Of a DNA stretch of 64,000 nt, positions 26,475 through 35,270 are shown piece after piece. The stretch's first letter is position 1. Every line of letters starts with the position of its first letter. This DNA is from a virus (Duplodnaviria; Caudoviricetes): positions 75,133 to 139,132 of IMG/VR virus record IMGVR_UViG_3300020576_006930; one strand, given 5' to 3'. The translations under genes and the position numbers were made by a program. The notes under the pieces are model-generated. The model ran no database searches, had not been told where the DNA came from, and was given only the letters and a program-made list of their open reading frames with translations.

Positions 26475-29400
26475 ATGTCATATCCATTCCAAGTTACAGG
26501 TCCAGTGACCGGGAGCATAAGCTCGGGATCATATTTTAATGATTCCGATAACGCGTTATTCTACCGTAATCCGGTCCGTGATTTTTGGTTTGGGTTTTCA
26601 CCCTATGACATTACAGAGGTTGCGGCTTACGATTACGCCAACAACCAATTGGCCTGGGGCATTATGGATCAGGTCACGGATTATAAGAAATTGACCTTCT
26701 CTTATGAAAATGAGAAAAATCAAGTTGTCCAATATTCTTACAATCAATTTGTCAGCAACACCCTGCTATACAAAAATGATAAAGCCCTTGATCACCTTAC
26801 CCGCCATTTGACGCAATTGGGACTGGGGAATGGTGATTATCGCGTAGTTTACAATTATACCCGGCAGCTTGCCGGCGGGCCTGATAATTTCCTTTCCCTC
26901 CGGGACATTTCTGCTTCCCGTAAAGAATTGAAAATCGTACCGACCACAGCGGAGACCGTGCGCTTTCAAGCATTTTGTAAAAAGAAGTTTCAGATAAAAG
27001 ATGTCTCCGCGTTGTTGATTCAGTTAACGGATAATTGTCCTTACGATGAGTTATATCGGGGCATGAAAGATTCTTATCAGGACGCCATTAACTTTCTCCA
27101 AACCATTTTCTTTTTACAAACCGACGGAGATATTCTTCGCTTCTTAAAAAACTTATATGAAGATTATGTAAAATACGTGGCGATGTCCGTTGAGAATATT
27201 AATGCGGGGGAATCCCCCGGCCGAGTCAGTCGGATTCAGGGCATTCGCAATTATTTCCAAAATTGGCTCCGCTCAAATAACGACGCCATTTCTGATTTTG
27301 CGGATATTGAAGTAAAATTTATTGAATTTGTAACGAAACGAATCAATGAACAATTTCTTCCGTATCAGAATCAAACGGGTGCGGATTTCGTCCGGGCCAA
27401 ACAATTTATCTATGACTTGTTCGTTGAACGATTCTACCAAACCACGACCGAGCCGCTCGTATCCAATTACCGAAACAAATACGTCTCCTATTTCAAAAAC
27501 GCATTCAACTTCGGTAATAATCGCTATGTTTTGATTTTTAACCATAGTTTTTCAGAAGAAAATGGGGAGTTGGTGCTCTTAATCAAATTGGCAGAAGAAT
27601 TGCCTTCCGATATAAAACTCCGGGATCGTTGCTGGATCAGCAATCTGGGGATGGTACCTTATATTTTCCAGGTCTCCGTGCGGGGTTCGGTCTCCAATAA
27701 AACGATCCACATTTCACCTCCGGATTTTCTTTTACACGCAAATAATGTTGATACCAAAAACATTAACAAATTATATTCCGCCGCGGAGCTGAAGCAGGAT
27801 TCTACAAGCCAAGCCGACAACATTTTCATTCAAAAAAAGATAACGGAACTGAACGTCGATTACAGCAATTTTGAAAATTTCGTGGTGTTTTCTTCCGTGG
27901 CTAATCGGCTTAGCGTTTTCAAAAACAAAATCATTGATTGGTCTACCCTAAGCGCATCCTTAGCCGATGTTCAAAGCCATTCCTCATCCGTTTATCCCTA
28001 TTACACGGAAGAAGTCGATGAAATTGAAACGCAAATGAGCAGTTTGGTGGAATCGTTTGATGGCTACGAATCCTATCTTTTCCGATCCAACAACTACCTT
28101 TATAACGTTGGGGCTCAGACCTGGAATAGTTCTAGTTATGTGATTGCTCTCGATGCGGAAGCTGTAACCTATGATCGCAATAACGGCGATAGTTTAATCA
28201 ATAATACCCCCGCATACGTTGTGGATGATGAAGCGAACGATGAATATCTAACCTTCTTGTCTATGATTGGGCATTACTTTGATAACCTGTATCTTTACAT
28301 CAAGGCTATGCCCTTGGAGCGGGTAGCCCAAAATCAGATATCCGGAAGTATGTCTTCTAATATGTTGAAAGATATGCTGGGTTCGTTTGGTTGGAAAATC
28401 GATGACATTTTAGGCGATAGTCCCCAGGATAAGGTTTATTTGAATAATGCGTCGGGCGGTAGTAATGCGTTATCGGATAGTGAACGCATGCGGAGTATCT
28501 GGAATCGGATTTTAATTACTCTACCCCAACTTTACAAAACTAAGGGCACCGAAGAATGCGTGCGGCTGATCTTAGCCTGCCACGGAATCCCCTCTGACCT
28601 GATTTCCGTAAAGGAATATGGTGGGGTAGATTATTCCGCAGGCACAAGCATTTCCTATGTTCAGAATGAAAAAGTGTTTATGATGCGCTTTACTCCTTCT
28701 TACGCTTATTGGAATATCCCGTTTCCTCATCAAACGAAGACCATTGAATTTAAACTTGCCTTTTCTGACGCTAGCCTTTATGAGTTTGAGGATGATATCC
28801 CTCTAATGTGTTACATTCCTGGACCTTTTACTGGCGGTAGTGGCCAGTGGCGGCTCGGAGTTCGTAAGGGGCGCGGGGAATTCGACGGTTCCATATATTT
28901 CCAGATCCATCAGACAGGATCCTATCACAATGTCTCAGGTTCCTCAACGGCCGCATTAGAATTGACAAGCAGCACCCTCCCATTATTTAACGGTGATGTT
29001 TTCAGTGTTATGCTCCGGAGAAACTGGCCCACCATTCTGTTTGCCACCGGTAGTGGTTTATTGGAAGATTCCTTACCCACAAAATATGATTTGTATGTTC
29101 AACGCAATGAATCAGGCCGCATGGTTTTCCAAGCCACCTCCAGTATTGTCTTGTCACGGGATTACAATCAGGGCTTTTCTGATATCTCTAAGCCCGTGGG
29201 CAATCGCCTTTTGATTGGTAACTGGGCTTCAAATTATCCCGTATTGGGTAATGCGTTCATCGGCGTTTTAGATAAGATTCGGCTATGGCGTATTCCAATC
29301 GGTGATAGTGATTTCCAGGATCACGTCAATGACTTCAACTCCTATAGTTGGTATAGCTCCTCCGCTGATGATTTGCTTCAGAAGAATCTCTATTTCGTGT

Positions 29401-31322
29401 CCGACGTGAATTATCCGATTGACGTTGCTGAACCAAATTATGTGACGGGATCCGCCTCCGGTTCTCACGGCGTAGTTTATTTTCCAAATAGCAACGAGTA
29501 TTTCACGGCGCCGACTAGTTGGACCTCTTTTGATTCCATTTACACCGGGTCAATTTTTAGCAGTTCCTTGAGCCAAAGTGCCTGGGTGCCGTATAATGAC
29601 ACCGATTTTAGGTCCGGTTCCTATGTTTTGTTTTTCAATGGGATATGGCAAAACATTTCCCATTCTCTGTCCGGTGACGGCTGTTATCAAACTACCCATT
29701 CCGTTTATCCCTATCAATATCTTCCAGTTAATTTGAATCAAACTTATACCGTGGGGGCTTATGGCCCAAACAAGTTCAAGAATAATAAGATAAAGAAAAC
29801 TGACTACACTTTAGATGTTCGGTTGGATGATCGGTATAGTTCGACAACTCCGACAGAAACCCTGGTATCCTCCGATTCAAATATTTTTGGATTCTTCTCC
29901 GACCCACAGGATTTCCGTAACAAGGATATTGTCCGTTACTTCGGTAATTCCGGAATTCTAAATTCTATTTCCGATCCGGGCGCACTCTATTCTTCAAGCT
30001 ATAGCGGCTTGACCAGTGCGCAAAAGCAATACGCTAAACACGTTAACAAAAAAACTTTGTTTACGGAACTGATTTCTCTGAATAAGTTTTATTTTGACAA
30101 GTCAATCTTTAAGACAATTAAAAATGTTGCGCCGGCCCGGGCAAATACCCTAACGGGAATATTGATCGAACCGTCAATCATTGAACGACCCAAGTATCAA
30201 CACCGGGCAATAACCACGGAATTAAATCCGGCTGGAGATTATCTAGGCGTCATTGATAAAATAGAAAACCCAGCGTGTGATGTGCTTTGGTCGGAGTTCA
30301 ATACTGATATCACGACGCAATCAACCCCCAAGGCTTATCCTCTGGACTATTACCTTTTCTTGGCGCAAAAAAATCAAAATCCTGGACTGACCGAACCGAC
30401 TTGGTATCCTGTCTTAAAGGAGCGTGGGGAAATTCTCTCTTATCAGGGCTTTGAATATCTTTTAGATGATTACAACCGTATCACCTGGAATAATAGTCTA
30501 CCCCCAAATTACACTGCGCCCATTGATTTGAAAGCGGTAAGCAATCCAAATTCAATTTACCCGAACAATTACGGAGGCTGGTATATGGATGACTTGCTGG
30601 ATAAGTATCAGTTTGGGTGGTATCCTGACCGCGCGGGGGAATACCGTAACGATTCAGTGGTGGGGAATGGAAAAAATCCACCGGGAGCCACAAGTCAGGC
30701 CAATATGAACAATTGTCCAAGTGGCAGTGCTTTATATTATTTATTGAAAAGGTGGAGAAAGTATGATGTTTTCGCTAAAAGCGGGTCTTATCTCCATACC
30801 AACAACCCACAGGATAATCAATACAGTACATCTTCAGTGTATTTATATGATATCATCCACGTCACGGAAGACTTTTATCGGTCATTGGTGTATATAAAAA
30901 ATGATCAAACCGAGGTCGAACCCCTTGACCCGAGTACAGTTTATCAGTCCGGTTATGGTTACAAACACTCCGCTGGCACGTTTATTAGCACTTCCAACGA
31001 ATATCGCAGCAATATCCGCGCGGTTCCTGTTGGGGGTGGAGGTCCGACAAATCTAAATTATTATCTGGACAATTCCAATCTTGGTTATTATGAATTACTC
31101 AACGGTTATCCCCGCAATCACTATACCAACAAAATTCAGTGGTTGAGTCCGACGCGGATTTCTATATTTACCACGACGGCAACAGGATCGTCGTTTATTA
31201 AGGGCCGGCAGACGGTCGAAACAACCGTAGACACAGGAAGCCTTGGCGATAATTCGTTGCCCGTCACTTCCATTAACGTCAGTAATGTTAATGTGGTCGC
31301 AGGCGATAATGTATTGAACTAA
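26475..31322 (+). CDS. Large baseplate protein (gp7/P2 gpI-like core with LamG-like insertion)
   Basis: FLSMIGHYFDNLYLYIK..IWNRILITLPQLYKTKGTEECVRLIL; FIGVLDKIRLW; IKNVAPARANTLTGILIEP. Confidence 0.65.
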   Translation: MSYPFQVTGPVTGSISSGSYFNDSDNALFYRNPVRDFWFGFSPYDITEVAAYDYANNQLAWGIMDQVTDYKKLTFSYENEKNQVVQYSYNQFVSNTLLYKNDKALDHLTRHLTQLGLGNGDYRVVYNYTRQLAGGPDNFLSLRDISASRKELKIVPTTAETVRFQAFCKKKFQIKDVSALLIQLTDNCPYDELYRGMKDSYQDAINFLQTIFFLQTDGDILRFLKNLYEDYVKYVAMSVENINAGESPGRVSRIQGIRNYFQNWLRSNNDAISDFADIEVKFIEFVTKRINEQFLPYQNQTGADFVRAKQFIYDLFVERFYQTTTEPLVSNYRNKYVSYFKNAFNFGNNRYVLIFNHSFSEENGELVLLIKLAEELPSDIKLRDRCWISNLGMVPYIFQVSVRGSVSNKTIHISPPDFLLHANNVDTKNINKLYSAAELKQDSTSQADNIFIQKKITELNVDYSNFENFVVFSSVANRLSVFKNKIIDWSTLSASLADVQSHSSSVYPYYTEEVDEIETQMSSLVESFDGYESYLFRSNNYLYNVGAQTWNSSSYVIALDAEAVTYDRNNGDSLINNTPAYVVDDEANDEYLTFLSMIGHYFDNLYLYIKAMPLERVAQNQISGSMSSNMLKDMLGSFGWKIDDILGDSPQDKVYLNNASGGSNALSDSERMRSIWNRILITLPQLYKTKGTEECVRLILACHGIPSDLISVKEYGGVDYSAGTSISYVQNEKVFMMRFTPSYAYWNIPFPHQTKTIEFKLAFSDASLYEFEDDIPLMCYIPGPFTGGSGQWRLGVRKGRGEFDGSIYFQIHQTGSYHNVSGSSTAALELTSSTLPLFNGDVFSVMLRRNWPTILFATGSGLLEDSLPTKYDLYVQRNESGRMVFQATSSIVLSRDYNQGFSDISKPVGNRLLIGNWASNYPVLGNAFIGVLDKIRLWRIPIGDSDFQDHVNDFNSYSWYSSSADDLLQKNLYFVSDVNYPIDVAEPNYVTGSASGSHGVVYFPNSNEYFTAPTSWTSFDSIYTGSIFSSSLSQSAWVPYNDTDFRSGSYVLFFNGIWQNISHSLSGDGCYQTTHSVYPYQYLPVNLNQTYTVGAYGPNKFKNNKIKKTDYTLDVRLDDRYSSTTPTETLVSSDSNIFGFFSDPQDFRNKDIVRYFGNSGILNSISDPGALYSSSYSGLTSAQKQYAKHVNKKTLFTELISLNKFYFDKSIFKTIKNVAPARANTLTGILIEPSIIERPKYQHRAITTELNPAGDYLGVIDKIENPACDVLWSEFNTDITTQSTPKAYPLDYYLFLAQKNQNPGLTEPTWYPVLKERGEILSYQGFEYLLDDYNRITWNNSLPPNYTAPIDLKAVSNPNSIYPNNYGGWYMDDLLDKYQFGWYPDRAGEYRNDSVVGNGKNPPGATSQANMNNCPSGSALYYLLKRWRKYDVFAKSGSYLHTNNPQDNQYSTSSVYLYDIIHVTEDFYRSLVYIKNDQTEVEPLDPSTVYQSGYGYKHSAGTFISTSNEYRSNIRAVPVGGGGPTNLNYYLDNSNLGYYELLNGYPRNHYTNKIQWLSPTRISIFTTTATGSSFIKGRQTVETTVDTGSLGDNSLPVTSINVSNVNVVAGDNVLN

Positions 31323-31386
31323 AGAAAAATAAATGAAAACACCAAGAAGTTCATAATTATGGTACACGAACCATTGAATCCACTTT

Positions 31387-32028
31387 ATGTATATTGACAA
31401 CCAGACTATCACCGTCGATGCGATGTTAACCCGAAAAGGCCGTGAGCTCCTGGCCAAAAACGGCAACCTTAATATTAACGCATTCGCCCTCGCAGATGAT
31501 GAGATTGATTACACCTTGTATCAGCCGAACCACCCCAACGGGAGTGCTTTCTTTGACATCGCCTTACGTAACACCCCCATTTTTGAACCCCTCTCCGATG
31601 AGACGCAGGTGATGAAGTATAAGCTGGTGACTTTGAATCAAGGCGTAACTTCCATTCCGGTCATTGCTATCGCCCAAGATAAAATTTCAGTTCAGCGAGA
31701 TTACACCGGTGACATCATCATTTCCCCATCCACTAACCCAGCTTACAATCTTTCTCTGGGCTACACTGCGATCTTGGGTAATAAAAATGTCGGTGTGCTG
31801 ACCGTGGAGGAATCCAACTCAATTAACGCGGTGTCCAACACCATCCCCACGTTTGCGGGCGACGTTAACACCGCAAGTTCACAGGTGGTGGTCGGTAAGA
31901 AGTTTCGGTTTTTGCCCAACAGCAGTTTGGGTAAAACGACATCAACCACTCTAACGATTGTTGGTAATGAAAGTGGTGGTAGTATTAGTATTGAAGTGAC
32001 GGTTTCTGCGCCGACGACTTCCGTGTAA
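31387..32028 (+). CDS. Baseplate/tail structural protein
   Basis: VDAMLTRKGRELLA..FALADDEIDY, resembling the LT..G..LL N-terminus of tail-collar/baseplate proteins. Confidence 0.6.
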   Translation: MYIDNQTITVDAMLTRKGRELLAKNGNLNINAFALADDEIDYTLYQPNHPNGSAFFDIALRNTPIFEPLSDETQVMKYKLVTLNQGVTSIPVIAIAQDKISVQRDYTGDIIISPSTNPAYNLSLGYTAILGNKNVGVLTVEESNSINAVSNTIPTFAGDVNTASSQVVVGKKFRFLPNSSLGKTTSTTLTIVGNESGGSISIEVTVSAPTTSV

Positions 32029-32038
32029 TTGAGGCTAT

Positions 32039-33142
32039 ATGATATTTAAAACTTTTTCACCAGACGACATTGTGGCCGGGAGAACAACCCGAGTGGCTAG
32101 TGGGTATTGGCCAGGTTCCCAGACCAATTGGAGTTCCAGCCTTTTTGTTGATAACTACTGGGCTCTGACTTCCTCCGCGACCCCCTCCCCATCTTTTGGA
32201 GCTTCCTATTATGATGTCCGGAAGACAATGTATTATCTGGATGTTTTTCCCGATAGCACCTACTATCCCAACGATCCCTACTTTTCCATTGCTTACGGCC
32301 ACATTGGAGGCGACGTAGGTAGTGGCTCCTTCAATCTGGAGACCGGAAGTATCCGGGTCGCACCCACCAAGACCATTTATAACCAATATAAAAACATCCT
32401 TTTAGGTTCGGCGGATGCGGATGGCAAATTCACTTTTAAATCCGGTAGTACAACAACCAACTCCGATGAAATATTCGTTTTGAATTTCTCTTCGTATAAG
32501 ATGAAAGACAAAATTGATGAGGGCGCATTTGAAATTTCTCTCAGCGGTTCACTTGGTTTAGTTACCCTACGTGACGACTCGCCCTACCAAACCCAAGCGT
32601 CTAGCTATTATAATCTTGTCTCCGGATCGCTCAATGATACAACCACTACCTCTCCGACTTATCAGGGGCTTGGTCTCATTTATCCCAATGATGGAATTGT
32701 CGTGTTGAACGCAACCACTTTGAATCAACTCATTGGTTTAACCGCGGTTACTCCGACCAGCGATTTTAACTACACTGGTTCCTGTATTAATGATACCAAA
32801 ACGGTAAATCATAAAGTCCTTTCGTGGAGTCTTAAAGCGGCGAACCGGATTGTAAAAATTCGCAAGAGTGAATATGTTCCGGCTCGGCACTATTTTGTTC
32901 GCATAAAAAATAGAGATTTCAATTACAGCAACAATCCAACTTATGTCTACGATGGCACCGATGGTATCCATTCCAAAGGCACAATTCGTAATGCTGATTT
33001 TATAACCGATCCCAAGACGTATATTACGACGATTGGTTTGTATAATGATAGCAATGAATTGGTGGCGGTGGCTAAATTAAGCCGCCCGGCCGTAAAGGAC
33101 TTCAATTCTGAGCTTTTGGTGAAGGTACGACTCGATTTTTGA
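32039..33142 (+). CDS. Baseplate/tail-fibre attachment structural protein
   Basis: C-terminal YITTIGLYNDSNELVAVAKLSRP collar-type motif. Confidence 0.65.
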   Translation: MIFKTFSPDDIVAGRTTRVASGYWPGSQTNWSSSLFVDNYWALTSSATPSPSFGASYYDVRKTMYYLDVFPDSTYYPNDPYFSIAYGHIGGDVGSGSFNLETGSIRVAPTKTIYNQYKNILLGSADADGKFTFKSGSTTTNSDEIFVLNFSSYKMKDKIDEGAFEISLSGSLGLVTLRDDSPYQTQASSYYNLVSGSLNDTTTTSPTYQGLGLIYPNDGIVVLNATTLNQLIGLTAVTPTSDFNYTGSCINDTKTVNHKVLSWSLKAANRIVKIRKSEYVPARHYFVRIKNRDFNYSNNPTYVYDGTDGIHSKGTIRNADFITDPKTYITTIGLYNDSNELVAVAKLSRPAVKDFNSELLVKVRLDF

Positions 33143-33196
33143 CCCAGAACTACAAATAAAACATCGTTTTGATAGTGTCACTGATATGTACAACAT

Positions 33197-34231
33197 ATGA
33201 GTGACATTTTTATTTGTAAACATTGTGGAAAAGGAATTGGTATAAGACAATTTGGCCACCACCTTTCGAAAATCCACCAACAGAAATATGAAGATTATGT
33301 AAAAGATAATATCGTCGATTTTAAACATTTGAATTGGAAATTGTGTTCCGATTGTGGTGAGTTGTGTAGAAGTATTTCCAATAAATGTGGAAAATGTTAT
33401 ACTAAAACTCATCAAATAAAAGGAAATCAATATATTCAGTGTAACTATTGTAAAGAGAAAGTCCATTCCAAGGTGTTGTCTCAACATTTAAAAATGTATC
33501 ACAATGTTGATTTTAGAGAATATGTCAAAAATAATCTTAACGATTTTAAGAAGTTTGGATGGAGCAATTGTATTGTTTGTGGAACGGTGTGCGTGAACCG
33601 AAGTAAAGTTCATAATAACCCAACTTGTTCTCCCGAATGTTTATGGAAAATTAGAAAAACTTGGGTGGGAGAAAATTCTCCACGTTTCGGCGCTATTCTT
33701 TCAGAAGAAACGAAGCGAAAGATTTCGAATGGAAATAATGGAAAAAAAGGATTGAGAGGAGATCTTAATCCGGCCTGTCGAATAGATGTGAGAAAAAGAA
33801 TTTCAAAAACTCGTATAGAACGTGGAGTGGCGAAAGGGAAAAACAATCCGATGTTTGGAAAAACCCATACTCCCGATTCAATTGCTAAAATATTTTCTCA
33901 TCGGAAGATGAACAGATTAGAAAAGTTGGTTGCGGATGAACTTGATAAAGCATCCATTCCATATTATTTTCAATTTTTTATTACTGAAAATGGGATTTGT
34001 AAATCATACGATTTCAAAATTAAAGATCGCCCAATTATTCTTGAAATAGATGGTGATTTTTGGCACGGTCATCCAGAAGCAAAAAACCATTTCGACAGAC
34101 TGGATCAGGTAAAAAACAATGACATTTTAAAAAATTCTATGGCATCCAACAGGGGATATAAACTTATTAGGTTTTGGGAACGTGATATTAAGAAAGATCC
34201 TTCCATTATCCTTAAATCTATAGTCGGTTGA
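33197..34231 (+). CDS. Free-standing homing-type endonuclease (zinc fingers, NUMOD3, Vsr/DUF559-like nuclease)
   Basis: CxxC..HL..H repeats; NPMFGKTHT; YDF..ILEIDGDFWH..GYKLIRFWE; AT-rich. Confidence 0.8.
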   Translation: MSDIFICKHCGKGIGIRQFGHHLSKIHQQKYEDYVKDNIVDFKHLNWKLCSDCGELCRSISNKCGKCYTKTHQIKGNQYIQCNYCKEKVHSKVLSQHLKMYHNVDFREYVKNNLNDFKKFGWSNCIVCGTVCVNRSKVHNNPTCSPECLWKIRKTWVGENSPRFGAILSEETKRKISNGNNGKKGLRGDLNPACRIDVRKRISKTRIERGVAKGKNNPMFGKTHTPDSIAKIFSHRKMNRLEKLVADELDKASIPYYFQFFITENGICKSYDFKIKDRPIILEIDGDFWHGHPEAKNHFDRLDQVKNNDILKNSMASNRGYKLIRFWERDIKKDPSIILKSIVG

Positions 34232-34250
34232 TATTTATCTCTACGCGGCT

Positions 34251-35264
34251 ATGATTAAAAGCATCAACAAGAATAATGTTCTCATTACCCCATTTATCGC
34301 AACTAAAGGTTGTGAAATGTCAGGTATCCAGACGGATGATCTGTTGTTGATTGAAGCCACTCCGGCAACTGGATCCAGCCCCGCCACCAGCTCCATCCCT
34401 ATCGCGCTTGATTTTGTGGATTATGGCGCCGGCGTCAATAATCCGGTCCTCAATCGCAATTGTAGCCTTGCCCTGGAGCAACAAACCCTTGACCAGGTTA
34501 TCTATGAGGAAGGTATTAGTGGGAGTGGAATGTTTTATCCAGATGCGGAAGCAGTCAATATCAATGGTTCATATAAACGTCTGGTCTGGAATCAAATAAA
34601 ATCAGCCTTCTATAATGAACACCACAATCCAACCCAGTTATTTGGGATGGAAAATGTCGATGTTAACCTTTCCGGAACGAAACGACTTTTCGCCAATCGT
34701 GTTCGGGTTTTTACTGTACCCCGAATTGTTTTCGGTGAAAAATTGTTGGAGAACAGCATTCGTTTAATCGATAACGCTTTGGATGATAAATACGTCATCG
34801 TTGATGATGGGCAGGGGAATCTAATTGCGAAAGACAATTTGTTTTCTAAATATCAAGCCGTTCGGCCCTGGGTTAATCTCATTGTCACCGGTTCAACCGG
34901 CTATACTTGTCCCGCCGTGATAATTAGCCCGCCCACAGGAAGCTTTACGTTAATAACCACCCTCACGGCGTCGATTTCTGGCGCAGCAACCGTTTCGCCG
35001 TTTACTGCCAGTTTATTCTGGTCCGATCCGTTTGATAACGAACTTGGGTTTAAAGTTTGGATGGCAACAAAAGCAACTCAGGGCAGTGGTTGGTCACCTT
35101 ACAATAACATCGCAGATGTCGGTGCGAACATTACCACTTTATCCGCGATGTTCACTGATGTTATGGTTTCTGCTTCCTTCTATGTGAAAGCATATAATGC
35201 GCTCGGGACCTCTTCCGCGACAAATATTACTTATGTAAGCCTGACCGGATCAGGTGCGCCATAA
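34251..35264 (+). CDS. Structural protein (N-terminal half paralogous to 32039) with FN3-like C-terminus
   Basis: VFTVPRIVFGEKL..IVDDGQGNL; LFWSD..ELGFKVW..FYVKAYNALGTS. Confidence 0.6.
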   Translation: MIKSINKNNVLITPFIATKGCEMSGIQTDDLLLIEATPATGSSPATSSIPIALDFVDYGAGVNNPVLNRNCSLALEQQTLDQVIYEEGISGSGMFYPDAEAVNINGSYKRLVWNQIKSAFYNEHHNPTQLFGMENVDVNLSGTKRLFANRVRVFTVPRIVFGEKLLENSIRLIDNALDDKYVIVDDGQGNLIAKDNLFSKYQAVRPWVNLIVTGSTGYTCPAVIISPPTGSFTLITTLTASISGAATVSPFTASLFWSDPFDNELGFKVWMATKATQGSGWSPYNNIADVGANITTLSAMFTDVMVSASFYVKAYNALGTSSATNITYVSLTGSGAP

Positions 35265-35270
35265 CGATTT

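Noticed and set aside
33143-34250. Group I intron around the endonuclease genes (also 47081-48010)
   Set aside because: Flanking genes end and start normally, and the spacers are too short for a ribozyme core.
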